Made by a program: the position numbers and the translations under genes | Source of the DNA: an uncultured Candidatus Entotheonella sp. | Lineage (GTDB): Bacteria > Tectomicrobia > Entotheonellia > Entotheonellales > Entotheonellaceae | Assembly (NCBI GenBank): GCA_965215335.1 | Contig: CBDCDA010000002.1 | Location: 1,024,001 to 1,088,000, forward strand | Reading direction: 5' to 3' | DNA: 64,000 bases | Shown here: piece after piece, positions 8,536-24,281 of the stretch | How the letters are laid out: each line of letters opens with the position of its first letter | Numbering within the stretch: the stretch's first letter is position 1 | The notes under the pieces: model-generated | What the model saw: only the letters and a program-made list of their open reading frames with translations | Databases searched by the model: none | Told to the model about the DNA's origin: nothing

Positions 8536-9945
8536 TCAGACGCCGGCGATCACGGGCATCTCCACTCTCGTAGAAGCTATTTCGCCCTCCAGGGCGTAGA
8601 GACCGGCCCGGGTTACGCGCACGGGCGCCAACTGACCGATGCAGGACGGATCGGCAGGGAAGTTGACGATCTTGTTGGTGCGGGTGCGCCCGGTCAGCCT
8701 GGTGGGGTCTTTCTTGCTGGGTCCTTCCACCAGAACCTCGTAGGTTCCCCCCTCGCAAGCCAGATTCGCTGCCAGAGAGATGCGCTTCTGCATGTTTAGG
8801 AGGCTGTCGAAGCGGCGCTGCTTGTCCGCGTGCGGCACCTGGTCGGGCAGGCCAGGGGCAACGGTACCAGGGCGTTCGGAGTAGTTGAACAGGTAGATGG
8901 CGTCGAAGCGCACCAACTCCAGCATGCGGCGCGTTTCGAGAAACTCCGCTTCGGTCTCGCCCGGAAATCCCACGATGACGTCGGTGGAGAGTGCCTGGTC
9001 GGGGACCGCCTCGCGGATGCGGGCGATGAGGTCGCGGTAGCCCGCCGCGGTGTAGCCGCGGCGCATCAGCCTGAGGATGCGGTCGGCACCGGCCTGGAAG
9101 GGCAGGTGGAGGAATTCACAGACTTTGTCCAGCCCGGCCATGGCGTCGATGAGGCGCTGGGTGAAATCCAGCGGGTGGGAGGTGACGAACCGGATGCGCT
9201 CGATGCCCGCCACCTCCTGCACGGCCTCGAGCAGGGCGGCAAAATCGGAACGATGCGGCCGGAAGTCGCTGCCGTAGGCGTTGACATTCTGTCCGACCAG
9301 GGTGACCTCGCGGTAACCGGTGTCCGCCAAGCCGCGCACTTCGCCCAGAATGACAGGCATCGGGCGGCTGACCTGTGGCCCGCGCGTATTCGGCACGACG
9401 CAGAAAGAACAGCGTTTGTTGCAGCCGTGCATGACGCTGACGAACGCCGTCACCCGGCTGTCGCGTTGCACGGGCAGGGCGCCGAGGTCGCCATCGAGGA
9501 CCTTGTCGGTAATCTCCAGAACGGGCTCGCCGGCCGTCTCGACCTGCTGCACCAGGTCCAACACGCGGCTGACGTTCAGGGTGCCGAAGACCAGGTCGAC
9601 GTACGGCGCCCGCTCCAGAATTTCCTCCCTGGCGCGCTGCGCGATGCAGCCGCACACACCGATCATCATGCCCGGGCGCTGCTGCTTGAGGCGCCTGAGG
9701 CGGCCCAGTTCACTGTAAAACTTCTGCTCGGCCTTCTCGCGGATGCTGCACGTGTTCATCAGCACCAGGTCGGCTTGCCGCGCGTCCGGCGTGAGTTCGT
9801 AGCCGCCCTGCCTGAGCACCCCGGTCATGCGCTCCGAATCGTACACGTTCATCTGGCAGCCGTAGGTGATGATGGAAAGTTTCTTCGTCAAAAGCCTCTC
9901 CCCTGGAGGGAGGGCTTGAGGAGGGGAAATGCTCTTCGTTGTCAT
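8536..9945 (-). CDS. miaB: tRNA methylthiotransferase MiaB
   Basis: [28 protein letters not shown] radical SAM motif, TRAM domain. Confidence 0.96.
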   Translation of the reverse strand: MTTKSISPPQALPPGERLLTKKLSIITYGCQMNVYDSERMTGVLRQGGYELTPDARQADLVLMNTCSIREKAEQKFYSELGRLRRLKQQRPGMMIGVCGCIAQRAREEILERAPYVDLVFGTLNVSRVLDLVQQVETAGEPVLEITDKVLDGDLGALPVQRDSRVTAFVSVMHGCNKRCSFCVVPNTRGPQVSRPMPVILGEVRGLADTGYREVTLVGQNVNAYGSDFRPHRSDFAALLEAVQEVAGIERIRFVTSHPLDFTQRLIDAMAGLDKVCEFLHLPFQAGADRILRLMRRGYTAAGYRDLIARIREAVPDQALSTDVIVGFPGETEAEFLETRRMLELVRFDAIYLFNYSERPGTVAPGLPDQVPHADKQRRFDSLLNMQKRISLAANLACEGGTYEVLVEGPSKKDPTRLTGRTRTNKIVNFPADPSCIGQLAPVRVTRAGLYALEGEIASTRVEMPVIAGV

Positions 9946-9977
9946 GCGGTGTCCTCGGATGGAAAATGGCGTTGAAC

Positions 9978-10634
9978 TTATCGCCAGCGCTGCACACCGA
10001 CGCGCTTGCAAAACGGCGCCACCGGGCACTGGCTGCACAGCGGTGAGGTCGGCTTGCAGCAGTGCTGGCCCAGCGCCACAAGCATGGGATTGTAAGTGAT
10101 CCACAGGTCGCGGGGCAGCTTCTTGCGCAGCGCCATCTCGGTGTCCAGCGGGTCCTTCGTCTTGACGTAGCCCCAGCGGTTGGAAATGCGATGCACGTGC
10201 GTGTCGACGCAAATGGCCGGGATGTTGTAGCCCTCGGCGAGAACCAGGTTCGCGGTCTTGCGCCCCACGCCGTGGAAGGACGTCAGGGTGTCGATGTCGT
10301 CGGGAACCTGGCCGTCGAATTCTTCCAGCAGCCGCTGCGAGATGGCCAGCACCTGCTCGGCTTTGTTGCGATAAAAGCCGACGGGGTAAATGGCGCGCTC
10401 AATGGTCTTTTGGTCCAGCTTCAGCATGGCATCCGGCGTGTCCGCCAAGGCGAACAGGCGCTGCGCCGCCGGGCCGGTCGTCTGGTCCTGGGTCCGCAGG
10501 CTGAGCAACGTGGCGATCAGCACCCGGTACGGGTCGCGGTTCTCCTGCGCCAACAGGGCAATCACCGGCACATTCCAGCGCGGCACTTCGCGGTGCAAAA
10601 TGGCCAATGCTTCGCGCACTTGTCGACGTATCAT
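9978..10634 (-). CDS. nth: Endonuclease III
   Basis: Hh[19 protein letters not shown]-terminal 4Fe-4S cysteine cluster. Confidence 0.95.
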   Translation of the reverse strand: MIRRQVREALAILHREVPRWNVPVIALLAQENRDPYRVLIATLLSLRTQDQTTGPAAQRLFALADTPDAMLKLDQKTIERAIYPVGFYRNKAEQVLAISQRLLEEFDGQVPDDIDTLTSFHGVGRKTANLVLAEGYNIPAICVDTHVHRISNRWGYVKTKDPLDTEMALRKKLPRDLWITYNPMLVALGQHCCKPTSPLCSQCPVAPFCKRVGVQRWR

Positions 10635-10713
10635 GGCATTCCAATCAGCGGGGAACGTCGAGAGGCGGGATTATAGGTCAGGCGGCAAGCGGTCTACAAG
10701 GCCAAACGCCCGC

Positions 10714-13567
<2,854 letters not shown>

Positions 13568-13571
<4 letters not shown>

Positions 13572-14746
13572 GCCTTCTCCTGGAAGATGCCGACGCTGGC
13601 CGTAAAGCCGTGCAGGAAATTGCTGTTGCCGATGGGACCGATTTCGCCGTTGCAAAAGAACCCGGCGCTCGGGATGTCGCCGGTAGCAGCGGCAATCACC
13701 TCGCTGTCGTGGTTCGGCTTGCCGTAAAGGTGGGCGCCGCGACCGTTGCAGGAAAAAACCAGTGCTGCCTGTGCCGGCTGGTCGGCCAGTTTGGGCGTGA
13801 GGGCGTCCATCATCTTGGTCAGGTCCTCCCGCGCGGTTGCAGCGTCGCGTACGTGCAGTTGTACCGTCTGACCGGGCCGGGTGATTTCCCCAACGGCGAT
13901 GGCGCCGCTCTTGGGGTCGGCGCCGAGCAGGGTGCGAATGAGAAAATCGCCGCGCTCGAAGGTCTCCTTGTACTCGTCCACCACGCGCCCGATGAGCAGC
14001 GCCGTGCGCGCCAGTTCCTGGTCCTCGGGGGACAACTCGCCGACGGTCTCGCGTGCGACTTCCAATGCCGGGCGGCCGCTCAACTCGTAGATGACCTGGT
14101 CTTCACAGCGCGTGACGAACTGTGGCCGTCCGATGGGCTTGCAGCCCTGCGACACCACGGTGTGCAGCACGAAGTCCCCCTGCAAGGCAATCCCGACCGC
14201 GCCGTGTAGCACCTCGCTGCCCAGAAACAGCGCGGAGCTGCGCTGCGACTGCCCGCCGCTGGCCAGGCCGCCGAGCACCGGGCGCAGGGGATAGGCGTTG
14301 TTGAACACGTCGAGCAGCTTGCGGGGTTCCATGGCGTAGGGGTCGGGCAGCAGGATGAAGGTCGGCTTGTCGTCGGGCGACAGCCCCAGCCGGTCGTGCC
14401 AATAGCTCTCCGATGTTTCGCGTTCCAGCTCGGGCTGCTCGATGTGGAACGGCGTGATGGTGACGCCCGGCAGGTGGGCCGCCATCAGGGACAGGGCGGG
14501 CCGCTGCTCCACCTCCTGCTGGTCGCCGATCACCCCGCCGCCGGTGCAGCCAATCAGCGTGTGGCTGGACAGCCGTTCCTGCATGACCTGCAACTGGTGC
14601 GGGAAATCTTTCAGGTGATGGGGGGAAGCAAAAACAAGGCTCAGATGGGCAGGCTGATCGGATAACCGGCCGGTTACGTTGTCCAAGACCTCTGCAACCG
14701 CCGCTGCGGTTTGCACCTCGCGTGACATGGCACTGGCAAACTGCAT
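13568..14746 (-). CDS. FIST (FIST_N/FIST_C) domain protein
   Basis: IGCTGGGVIG, GGLASGG, VSQGCKPIG, FSCNGRG, GFFCNGEIGP. Confidence 0.9.
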
Positions 14747-14769
14747 GACAAGGCTCCTCTGTTACGTCG

Positions 14770-15708
14770 CTATTCTTGCGGTTGCCACAGGTGGGTGCTG
14801 GCGTAGCGCTCGCCCAGATCGTTGAACAGGGTGACGATGCGGCCCCGGCGCACGCGCGCGGCAACCTTGGCCACCCCCTGCGTGTAACCGCCCGAGGACT
14901 GGCCGACGAAAAACCCCTCGCGCGCCAAGCGCCAGCACATGTCGTACGCTTCTTCGATGGTAACGTCCACGCGCCCGTCGATGACACTCTGGTCGAGAAT
15001 GGCCGGCACAATGGCGTCGGGCGTGCCGAGCGGCTTCAGCCCTTCGATGCCAGGAAACTCCTCGGGGATGATGGCGATGACCTGGATGGAGGGGTCGTAT
15101 TCCTTGAGACGCCGGCCGATGCCCGTGAGGGCGCCGCCGGTGCCGATGCCGCCAACGAAATGGGTCAATTGGCCATCGGTCTGCTCCAGGATTTCCAGGG
15201 CGGTACCGTGATAATGCGCCTGCCAGTTGCTCGCGTTGCCGTACTGGTCGGCGAAGAAATAGCGCTCCGACTCCTGATCGGCCAAGCGGTGAACCTCGCG
15301 CAGTGCCTCGTCGTAGCCCTTCAGCGCGTCGGTTGTGATCAGCGTCGCGCCGTGCGCCACGATGCGCTTGCGGCGCTCCAGGCTGGCGTTTTCGGGCACC
15401 ACCAGGGCCACGGGATAGCCGAGGGCGGCGCCGAGCATGGCGTAAGCGATGCCGGCATTGCCGGAGCTCGAATCCAGAATCGTCTTGCCGGGACACAAGG
15501 CGCCGCTGGTCAAGGCATCCAGCAGAATCTGCCGCACCGGGCGATCCTTCAGCGACCCTCCGGGGTTGAAATACTCGAGTTTGGCGAACACGTCGATATC
15601 CGGCAAGGTATCGCGCAGGACGTTCACCTGCACCAGTGGGGTGTTGCCGATCGTTCCCAAGAGGGGATATTGCTCGATCAGTTGTTTGTGATCACTCGGG
15701 GTCGGCAT
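14770..15708 (-). CDS. cysM: PLP-dependent cysteine synthase family protein
   Basis: IGNTPL, KLEYFNPGGSLKDR, SSGNAG, GIGTGG. Confidence 0.85.
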   Translation of the reverse strand: MPTPSDHKQLIEQYPLLGTIGNTPLVQVNVLRDTLPDIDVFAKLEYFNPGGSLKDRPVRQILLDALTSGALCPGKTILDSSSGNAGIAYAMLGAALGYPVALVVPENASLERRKRIVAHGATLITTDALKGYDEALREVHRLADQESERYFFADQYGNASNWQAHYHGTALEILEQTDGQLTHFVGGIGTGGALTGIGRRLKEYDPSIQVIAIIPEEFPGIEGLKPLGTPDAIVPAILDQSVIDGRVDVTIEEAYDMCWRLAREGFFVGQSSGGYTQGVAKVAARVRRGRIVTLFNDLGERYASTHLWQPQE

Positions 15709-15788
15709 GACGCTGTCTCATTTCGTGCGTGTGTAATTTGGTGTTGAGGGTATCTTTCGGACGGATCCCGTTCGGCGAAAGCCGCCCC

Positions 15789-16240
15789 ATGCCCTCGCCC
15801 TACAGTCCCAGATCGCTGATTGTCGTCCTTCTGGCATCGATGCTGTGCCTGGCCGTGCCCCCTGACGTTGCGGCGCAAGCCCAACCGGCTGGTGGAGACC
15901 CTGCGCGAATCTATGCGTTTGGCATCACTTGTCTCGGCTTGGGGGGTACTACCGAGCCGACCGAAGCGAAGCCGGTTCAAGCTGCTGTTTCCCCGCTACT
16001 GGCAGCACGACACCGCGCAAATCTCATCGGTCTGGCCCTGCAAAGCCGGACGATAACTACGACGACGCTTTCGCTCATTTTCAAAGGCCGAGTCAGTTTA
16101 ATGGCGAGGCCAGTGCCACGCAAGTGGCGTCTTACAAGCTCGACGAACTCCCCTTCAAACAAGGCCGGTACCCGCTCTCGGCAAGCAATTGGCAACGATT
16201 TCTGAATGATGCGCCGACGTGTGATGCAAATGAGTCATAG
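15789..16240 (+). pseudogene. Possible degraded gene for a secreted protein
   Basis: Signal-peptide-like start (LIVVLLASMLCLAV..VAAQA); protein-like sequence continues only in other frames. Confidence 0.25.
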
Positions 16241-16339
16241 GTCGGATCAGTAATCCGGCATTCCACCGCACCATGAAGGCTTCCACCATTAGATTACCCT
16301 ACGGCCAATCCGACCTGCATGAAGCCGACAGCTCCCTCA

Positions 16340-18630
<2,291 letters not shown>

Positions 18631-18631
18631 G

Positions 18632-19987
18632 TTAATAATTGTCCTGGCGCGCGAGATTGTCGAAGCGCGTGAACTCGCCGCGAAACGCCAGGCGCAGCGT
18701 TCCGGTCGGCCCGTTGCGGTGCTTGGCGATGTTGACCTCCGCCACGCCGCGCTCGTCGCTGTCTTCGTTGTAGACCTCGTCCCGATACAGGAGCGCCACC
18801 ACGTCGGCGTCCTGCTCGATGGCGCCGGATTCGCGCAGGTCGGACAGTTGCGGTTTGGGGGGTCTTCTCTGTTCCACGGCGCGGCTGAGCTGAGACAGGG
18901 CGATCACGGGCACGCGGAGTTCGCGGGCCAGGGCTTTGAGGGCGCGGGTGATGTCGGAGATTTCCTGTTGACGATTTTCGGCGCGTGAGCGGCCCTGCAT
19001 GAGCTGCAGATAATCAATGATGACGAGCCCGAGGTCGCCCTGCTCGCTGCGCAGTCGGCGGGCCTTGGCGCGGATGTCGAGCGCCGTCTGCATGGGGGTG
19101 TCGTCGATGTAGATGCTGGCCTGGCCGGAGAGGTCCCCGGCCGCCGTGGTCAGCAGGCTCCAATCGCTGCCGGCCAGAAACCCGGTGCGCAGCTTGGCGG
19201 AATCGACCCTGGCCTCGGCGCACAGCATGCGCAGGGCCATTTGTTCCTTCGACATTTCGAGGCTGAAGATGGCGATTGGCTTGCCCGTCCGCATGCCCGC
19301 ATGGGCGGCGACGTTCAGGGCAAGGGTGGTTTTGCCCATGCTGGGCCGCCCGGCGATGATGATCAGGTCGGAGGACTGCAGGCCAGCTGTCTTACTGTCG
19401 AGGTCGCTGAAACCGGTGGGCAGGCCGGTAATCGGGTCCTTGCGCGCCGACAGGGTTTCCAATTGCCGGAAGCTGTCTTTCAGGACGCTCTGGAGGTCAA
19501 TGAAGCCGGAGGTGGCCTTGCCCTGGCTGATTTCGAGAATCGACCGCTCGGCGCGGTCGAGCAGCGCGGCCACATCCTCGTCCGCCTCGTAACTGTCCGT
19601 CACGATAGTGGTGGCCGTGCGGATGAGGGCGCGCAGGATACTCTTTTCCCGCACCACGCGGGCGTGGTAGTCGACGTGTGCGGCGGTAGGCACCATCTCG
19701 ACGAGTTCCGCCAGGTAGGCAGGACCGCCTATCGCGTCGAGGCGATCTTTCTTTTTCAGCCATTCGTTGACGGTGAGGACGTCAATAGGAACATTTTCCT
19801 GGAAGAGGTCAAGCATGGCGCAGAACAGCCAGCGGTGGGCGTCGTGGTAAAAATCTTCTTCCTGCAGCGTGTCCGCGAGCCGGACGATCGCGTCGTTATT
19901 TTGCAGGATCGCCCCCAGAATGCTTTGCTCCATCTCCACACTCTGGGGCGGTAGTTTCTGGATAGCGATGGACTGTCCGTTGTCCAT
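18632..19987 (-). CDS. dnaB: Replicative DNA helicase
   Basis: GRPSMGKT, DYLQLM, SQLSR, DLRESGAIEQDAD; no intein. Confidence 0.97.
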   Translation of the reverse strand: MDNGQSIAIQKLPPQSVEMEQSILGAILQNNDAIVRLADTLQEEDFYHDAHRWLFCAMLDLFQENVPIDVLTVNEWLKKKDRLDAIGGPAYLAELVEMVPTAAHVDYHARVVREKSILRALIRTATTIVTDSYEADEDVAALLDRAERSILEISQGKATSGFIDLQSVLKDSFRQLETLSARKDPITGLPTGFSDLDSKTAGLQSSDLIIIAGRPSMGKTTLALNVAAHAGMRTGKPIAIFSLEMSKEQMALRMLCAEARVDSAKLRTGFLAGSDWSLLTTAAGDLSGQASIYIDDTPMQTALDIRAKARRLRSEQGDLGLVIIDYLQLMQGRSRAENRQQEISDITRALKALARELRVPVIALSQLSRAVEQRRPPKPQLSDLRESGAIEQDADVVALLYRDEVYNEDSDERGVAEVNIAKHRNGPTGTLRLAFRGEFTRFDNLARQDNY

Positions 19988-19999
19988 GGCGGCACCGCC

Positions 20000-20446
20000 T
20001 CATTCTTCTGCAACGACGGTCACCTTCAGGTCGGCTGACACCGAGGCCGGCAGGCGAACGGGTACGGCGAATTCGCCGAGGCTCTTGAGCGGCTGATCGA
20101 GCTGGATGTTGCGGCGGTCGATGGTGAGGCCGACTTCCTTGAGCTGCTCGGCGATATCCATCGTCGTCACCGAGCCGAACAACTTACCCTCCTCGCCGGC
20201 CTTGCGGGTAAAGCTGAATTCCAGGGCTTTCAATTTCTCGGCCAGAGTGGCCGCTTCGAGCCGGGCACGGGCGATACGGTTGTCGCGCAGACGCTGTTCA
20301 TGGGCCAGTTGACGAGCATTTCTGGCCGTGGCCGCGATGGCCAGGCCGAGCGGCAGGAGATAGTTGCGGCCGTAGCCGTCGGCCACCTCGACGACATCGC
20401 CGATTTCGCCCAGATGCTCCACTTCATGCATCAGAATGACTTTCAT
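20000..20446 (-). CDS. rplI: 50S ribosomal protein L9
   Basis: VADGYGRNYLLP, KLFGSVT. Confidence 0.97.
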   Translation of the reverse strand: MKVILMHEVEHLGEIGDVVEVADGYGRNYLLPLGLAIAATARNARQLAHEQRLRDNRIARARLEAATLAEKLKALEFSFTRKAGEEGKLFGSVTTMDIAEQLKEVGLTIDRRNIQLDQPLKSLGEFAVPVRLPASVSADLKVTVVAEE

Positions 20447-20516
20447 GATTTTGCCTCCTCACGGTTCGGGGATTCGGACATTATAGCAACAGTCGAGTCG
20501 TTGTCTGCCGGTCCCG

Positions 20517-21491
20517 TCAGGGTCGGTGCTCCGGTAGTTGACGGCGCTGACGTCGAAAATCGACCCACAGGTCGAACAGGCCCGCGGCGGTGCACGCCAG
20601 CATGCAAAATGGAGCCGCCAGCAGGAAAGCCAGGATGGCCAGCAGCCAGCATACCGAGGAAGGGAGCGGCAGGCGACGCCCCCAGTACACCAGAATGGCC
20701 AGCCCCTGCATGAAATAGACCGCCAGGGTGACGAGAAAGACGTTCAGTCCGATGTATTTGAGCGCTGGTGCCGGCAGAAACAGGGCGCCGCCGCTGGCCA
20801 GAAATACCCACACCAGATAATCCGTTGCACGCCAATCGGCAGTGTCCGCCGGTGCGAAGGGTATCGGTGGCTCGTGGTGCTGCAGGTAACGCCGTGCGAG
20901 CAGGTAATTCAGCACGTTGGGAAAGAGGAAGTTGATGGCGCAGACGGCAGGCAGCACGGCAGCCATGGTGCGCGGGAGCGCTTCGAGTACAGCGGCCATG
21001 GTCTCCTCGTCCCGCAGGCCCTCCATCTGCCGCAACTGCTGGTACAGCCCGTCCGCCATTTGTTCGAACACGTGGATCAGATAGGCATGCGGCGTCTGCT
21101 GGGTCATGGCGCTTACGAACAGCAACACCAAGGCGCCAATGCCGATTGGCAGGGCAACGCTCCAGGAAATGGTGCGCGAGGCCGTGTAGCCCAATCGGAT
21201 GGCCGCACCGAGCGTCAACCCCACAACGCCATGCTGGGCCATGAACAGCAGGCTTGGCGGCGGCGCGATGACGAGCAGAATGCCCGCCTGCAGGCCGATG
21301 AGCCACAGCACGTGACGCCACGGATACTTCACCGCCAGGATGGTGATGGGGAACGGCCCCAACAGGGTCGGAAACAACCATTCAAGCGGCGCAAATGCCG
21401 GGAGCAGGGCCAGGGCCAGAGACAGCCCGGCCAGAACTGGCAACTCCTTGTTACGGTAAACTCGCTGACGCTCCCTTGTATCCATCTTCAT
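20517..21491 (-). CDS. YybS/DUF2232 family membrane protein
   Basis: Multi-TM protein with QGL and GLFDLWVDFR motifs, in the conserved position between rpsR and rplI. Confidence 0.85.
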   Translation of the reverse strand: MKMDTRERQRVYRNKELPVLAGLSLALALLPAFAPLEWLFPTLLGPFPITILAVKYPWRHVLWLIGLQAGILLVIAPPPSLLFMAQHGVVGLTLGAAIRLGYTASRTISWSVALPIGIGALVLLFVSAMTQQTPHAYLIHVFEQMADGLYQQLRQMEGLRDEETMAAVLEALPRTMAAVLPAVCAINFLFPNVLNYLLARRYLQHHEPPIPFAPADTADWRATDYLVWVFLASGGALFLPAPALKYIGLNVFLVTLAVYFMQGLAILVYWGRRLPLPSSVCWLLAILAFLLAAPFCMLACTAAGLFDLWVDFRRQRRQLPEHRP

Positions 21492-21565
21492 ACGCTCGCT
21501 GTGGGCGCATTCCTTTCCTGCCAGGTCGTCGCGCCACCAGGACGTCACGCGTGCTGCGCGGCGGA

Positions 21566-21826
21566 TTATTCGGCTGTAAAGGGGATCAAGGCGATATGGC
21601 GTGAACGCTTAATCGCTACCGTGAGCTGGCGTTGGTGTCCCGCACAGTTGCCGGAAATGCGCCGCGGGATGATCTTGCCGCGCTCGGTCACCAGGTTGCG
21701 CAACCGCCGTATGTCCTTGTAATCGATAAACGTTACCTTGTCGGCGCAGAAGCGGCATATCTTCTTGCGCAGGAAGCGCCGCCGCTTGCGTGCTGCCGCT
21801 TTCTTTCTCGCGGTATTGACTGCCAT
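21566..21826 (-). CDS. rpsR: 30S ribosomal protein S18
   Basis: [25 protein letters not shown]. Confidence 0.97.
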   Translation of the reverse strand: MAVNTARKKAAARKRRRFLRKKICRFCADKVTFIDYKDIRRLRNLVTERGKIIPRRISGNCAGHQRQLTVAIKRSRHIALIPFTAE

Positions 21827-21880
21827 GCTTGCCTCTCTCGCAGGGGTGCCCCCCTGAAATGCCAAAGTGTTCCCTGATAC

Positions 21881-22303
21881 TCAGAATGGAATGTCGTCGT
21901 CCTGCGGCGGCGGGATGTCGTCATCCCGATAGGGGGGTGGGCCCGCACTCTGACGACTACCGCCGCCGTCTTGGCTGGCGCGCGGCATGAGATTGACCCG
22001 TTCGGCGACGACATCGAGCTTACTGCGTCGTTGCCCGTTTTGGTCTTCCCAGCTGCGAAACTGTAAACGACCTTCGATCAATACCGGACTGCCTTTGCTG
22101 AGGTACTGCCCGACGATCTCGGCCGAGCGCGCGAAGGTGCTGATATCGACGAAACACACATCTTCCTTTTGCTCGTCACCCTGGCGATAACGCCGATTGA
22201 CCGCCAAACCAAAGGAGGCGACCGGAGTGCCGCTCGGGGTGTAGCGCATTTCGGGATCTCGTGTGAGATTTCCTAGCAGAATGACTCTATTGAAGCTCGC
22301 CAT
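21881..22303 (-). CDS. ssb: Single-stranded DNA-binding protein
   Basis: NRVILLGNLTRDPE; C-terminal DDDIPF. Confidence 0.97.
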   Translation of the reverse strand: MASFNRVILLGNLTRDPEMRYTPSGTPVASFGLAVNRRYRQGDEQKEDVCFVDISTFARSAEIVGQYLSKGSPVLIEGRLQFRSWEDQNGQRRSKLDVVAERVNLMPRASQDGGGSRQSAGPPPYRDDDIPPPQDDDIPF

Positions 22304-22349
22304 GTCTTGGCCTCCATAGCTTGCCCCCAGCTCTGATTCCGGGATCGAG

Positions 22350-22937
22350 CTAGCCGGTTGCTTCCTCGCTTTCCTGGTTCTCCGACACGTCGTCTGCGGC
22401 CACTTCCGGGGCGGCTTCCGGCTCTTCACTTCCCGCCGCCGTCACTTCGGAGGGTGTCTCCGGCGCCTCGTCCGACCCCGCTTCCGCGTCAGTGGCTGGC
22501 TCGTTGTCTCGTGCCGTGCGCCGATTATCGGGAGCACCGCGGTACGAATCCATGCGCCGTCCCATGCGTCGCCGATCTTCTCGGCCCTCGTCGCGGCCAT
22601 CGTCGTCGGGAAGGCGGGTGAAGCCGGTCATCTGTTCTTCTTTGTCGTAGCGTACGGAAATGTACCGCAAGACGCGGTCACTCAAGCGGTAGACACGCTC
22701 GAGCTCGAGGATCGCGTCGGGAAGGGCGCGGAAATGGATGAGGGTGTAATAACCGTAGCGCTGCTTGCGGATAGGATAGGCGAGACGACGTTTGCCGCCG
22801 CGTTCGATGCGGATCGTCTCCGATCCCCTGTCTTCGAGGATCTTGTTGAGGCCCTGGACAGCCTCTTCCGCCGCCTCCTCCGTCAGTTCTGGGTGCAGGA
22901 TGAAGACGGTCTCGTAAAGTGCGGTTCGTGCGTTCAT
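22350..22937 (-). CDS. rpsF: 30S ribosomal protein S6 with a long acidic tail
   Basis: YETVFIL.P, GKRRLAYPI, GYY. Confidence 0.95.
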   Translation of the reverse strand: MNARTALYETVFILHPELTEEAAEEAVQGLNKILEDRGSETIRIERGGKRRLAYPIRKQRYGYYTLIHFRALPDAILELERVYRLSDRVLRYISVRYDKEEQMTGFTRLPDDDGRDEGREDRRRMGRRMDSYRGAPDNRRTARDNEPATDAEAGSDEAPETPSEVTAAGSEEPEAAPEVAADDVSENQESEEATG

Positions 22938-22942
22938 CAAAT

Positions 22943-22980
22943 CTCCTTGTGGCTTGCAGCCCGCTATGACGGGCAAGGAG
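22943..22980 (-). promoter_or_regulatory. Probable S6:S18 autoregulatory leader RNA
   Basis: CUCCUUG pairs with CAAGGAG (the Shine-Dalgarno), with an inner CCCG/CGGG hairpin and CCA in the internal loop. Confidence 0.65.
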
Positions 22981-22996
22981 TGGCCCCTTCGTGGGG

Positions 22997-23560
22997 TTAC
23001 GTTGTCGCCACATCGTCTCCCATGGGCGTCTCTGTCCGGTCGACAAGATCTTCCAGCCTTTCTACCGCCTCGTCAATCATCGCCTGCCGAGCGTCTGCTT
23101 CCTGCGGAGAAAACGGAGACAACACGTAATCGATGACATCCTCCTTTCGGGGCGGCCGCCCGATACCCAGTCGCAGGCGGAGATACTTGTCGCTCTGCAG
23201 GCATTGGGTAATGGAGCGAATGCCTCGGTGTCCGGCGTCGCCGCCCTGTTCCTTGAGGCGCAATTTGCCTAACGGCAGATCAATGTCGTCGTGGACAACG
23301 ACGAGCAACTCCTGGTGCCGCCGGTAACGGCGCACCAGCGGAGCGACCGCTTCGCCGCTGGCGTTCATGAAGGTTTGCGGCTTGGCCAACAGGATCGTGT
23401 GGGCGCCGATCCGGCCTGTGGCGCAGACCGCCTCGGACTCCCAACGCCGTACGGAAATACCGTGACGGTCGGCAAGGGCGTCGACGACATCGTAGCCGAC
23501 GTTATGACGGTGGCGCCGGTAGCGTTGCCCGGGATTACCCAAGCCGACGATCACGTCCAC
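22997..23560 (-). CDS. pth: Peptidyl-tRNA hydrolase
   Basis: GLGNPG, RHNVG, KPQTFMN.SG, HDDID. Confidence 0.96.
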   Translation of the reverse strand: MDVIVGLGNPGQRYRRHRHNVGYDVVDALADRHGISVRRWESEAVCATGRIGAHTILLAKPQTFMNASGEAVAPLVRRYRRHQELLVVVHDDIDLPLGKLRLKEQGGDAGHRGIRSITQCLQSDKYLRLRLGIGRPPRKEDVIDYVLSPFSPQEADARQAMIDEAVERLEDLVDRTETPMGDDVATT

Positions 23561-23576
23561 GTGTACCCGACAACCC

Positions 23577-24218
23577 CTACGCTTCAGCCGCTTCCGCGGC
23601 GGCCGGTGTTTCCGCGCCGCCTTCTACCGCTTCCGGAGCCTCACGGTCCGCGCCAGCAGCATGCAAGGTGACGACGGCCGTTTCGGCATCCGTGATCAAG
23701 GTGACGCCTGCAGGCAAATCCAGGCCGCCGGCGTGGAGCGTCTGGTTGCCTGTCAGGGCGGCAAGGTCTACACGGATGCTTTCGGGAATGTCGCCCGGCA
23801 GACACCCGATCTCCACCTCGCGCAGAACCAGCGACGCCGTCGTGTTGGCGATCTTGAACTCATCAGGCAGCTCGTTGATCGTCTCGACATTGACCGTCAC
23901 GCGAATGGGCTCGTTGGGATCAACGCGGAAAAAATCGACGTGCAGCGGCTCGCGCGTGACGGGATGGATTTGCACCTCGCGCAGGATGGCGTGGCACTGC
24001 TCCTCTTGTTGGTCGCCAAGGAGATTCATGTCGAGGACGGCGTTGCTGCCGCCCGCGGAGCGCCGGATTTCGACCAAGGTGTTCGCTGCGATCGTCAGCG
24101 CCGTGCTGTCCCCCTTGCCGTAGATGACGGCCGGCAAGCGTCCGGTGCGCCGAATCTGACGCGCCACTGACTTGCCGGTTTTTTGTCGTATGTGGGCCGT
24201 AACCCGCACTATGTCCAT
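23577..24218 (-). CDS. rplY: 50S ribosomal protein L25/Ctc
   Basis: PAVIYG, EVQIHPV...HVDF; located between prs and pth. Confidence 0.93.
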   Translation of the reverse strand: MDIVRVTAHIRQKTGKSVARQIRRTGRLPAVIYGKGDSTALTIAANTLVEIRRSAGGSNAVLDMNLLGDQQEEQCHAILREVQIHPVTREPLHVDFFRVDPNEPIRVTVNVETINELPDEFKIANTTASLVLREVEIGCLPGDIPESIRVDLAALTGNQTLHAGGLDLPAGVTLITDAETAVVTLHAAGADREAPEAVEGGAETPAAAEAAEA

Positions 24219-24281
24219 GCATAACCTCCCGCTGGAACGCGGCGTACCGGCACCGCCTCGCACCGGTGTCCATCTATCCAT

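Noticed and set aside
18632..19987. Possible intein in DnaB
   Set aside because: Length is normal (451 aa) and the motifs are contiguous.
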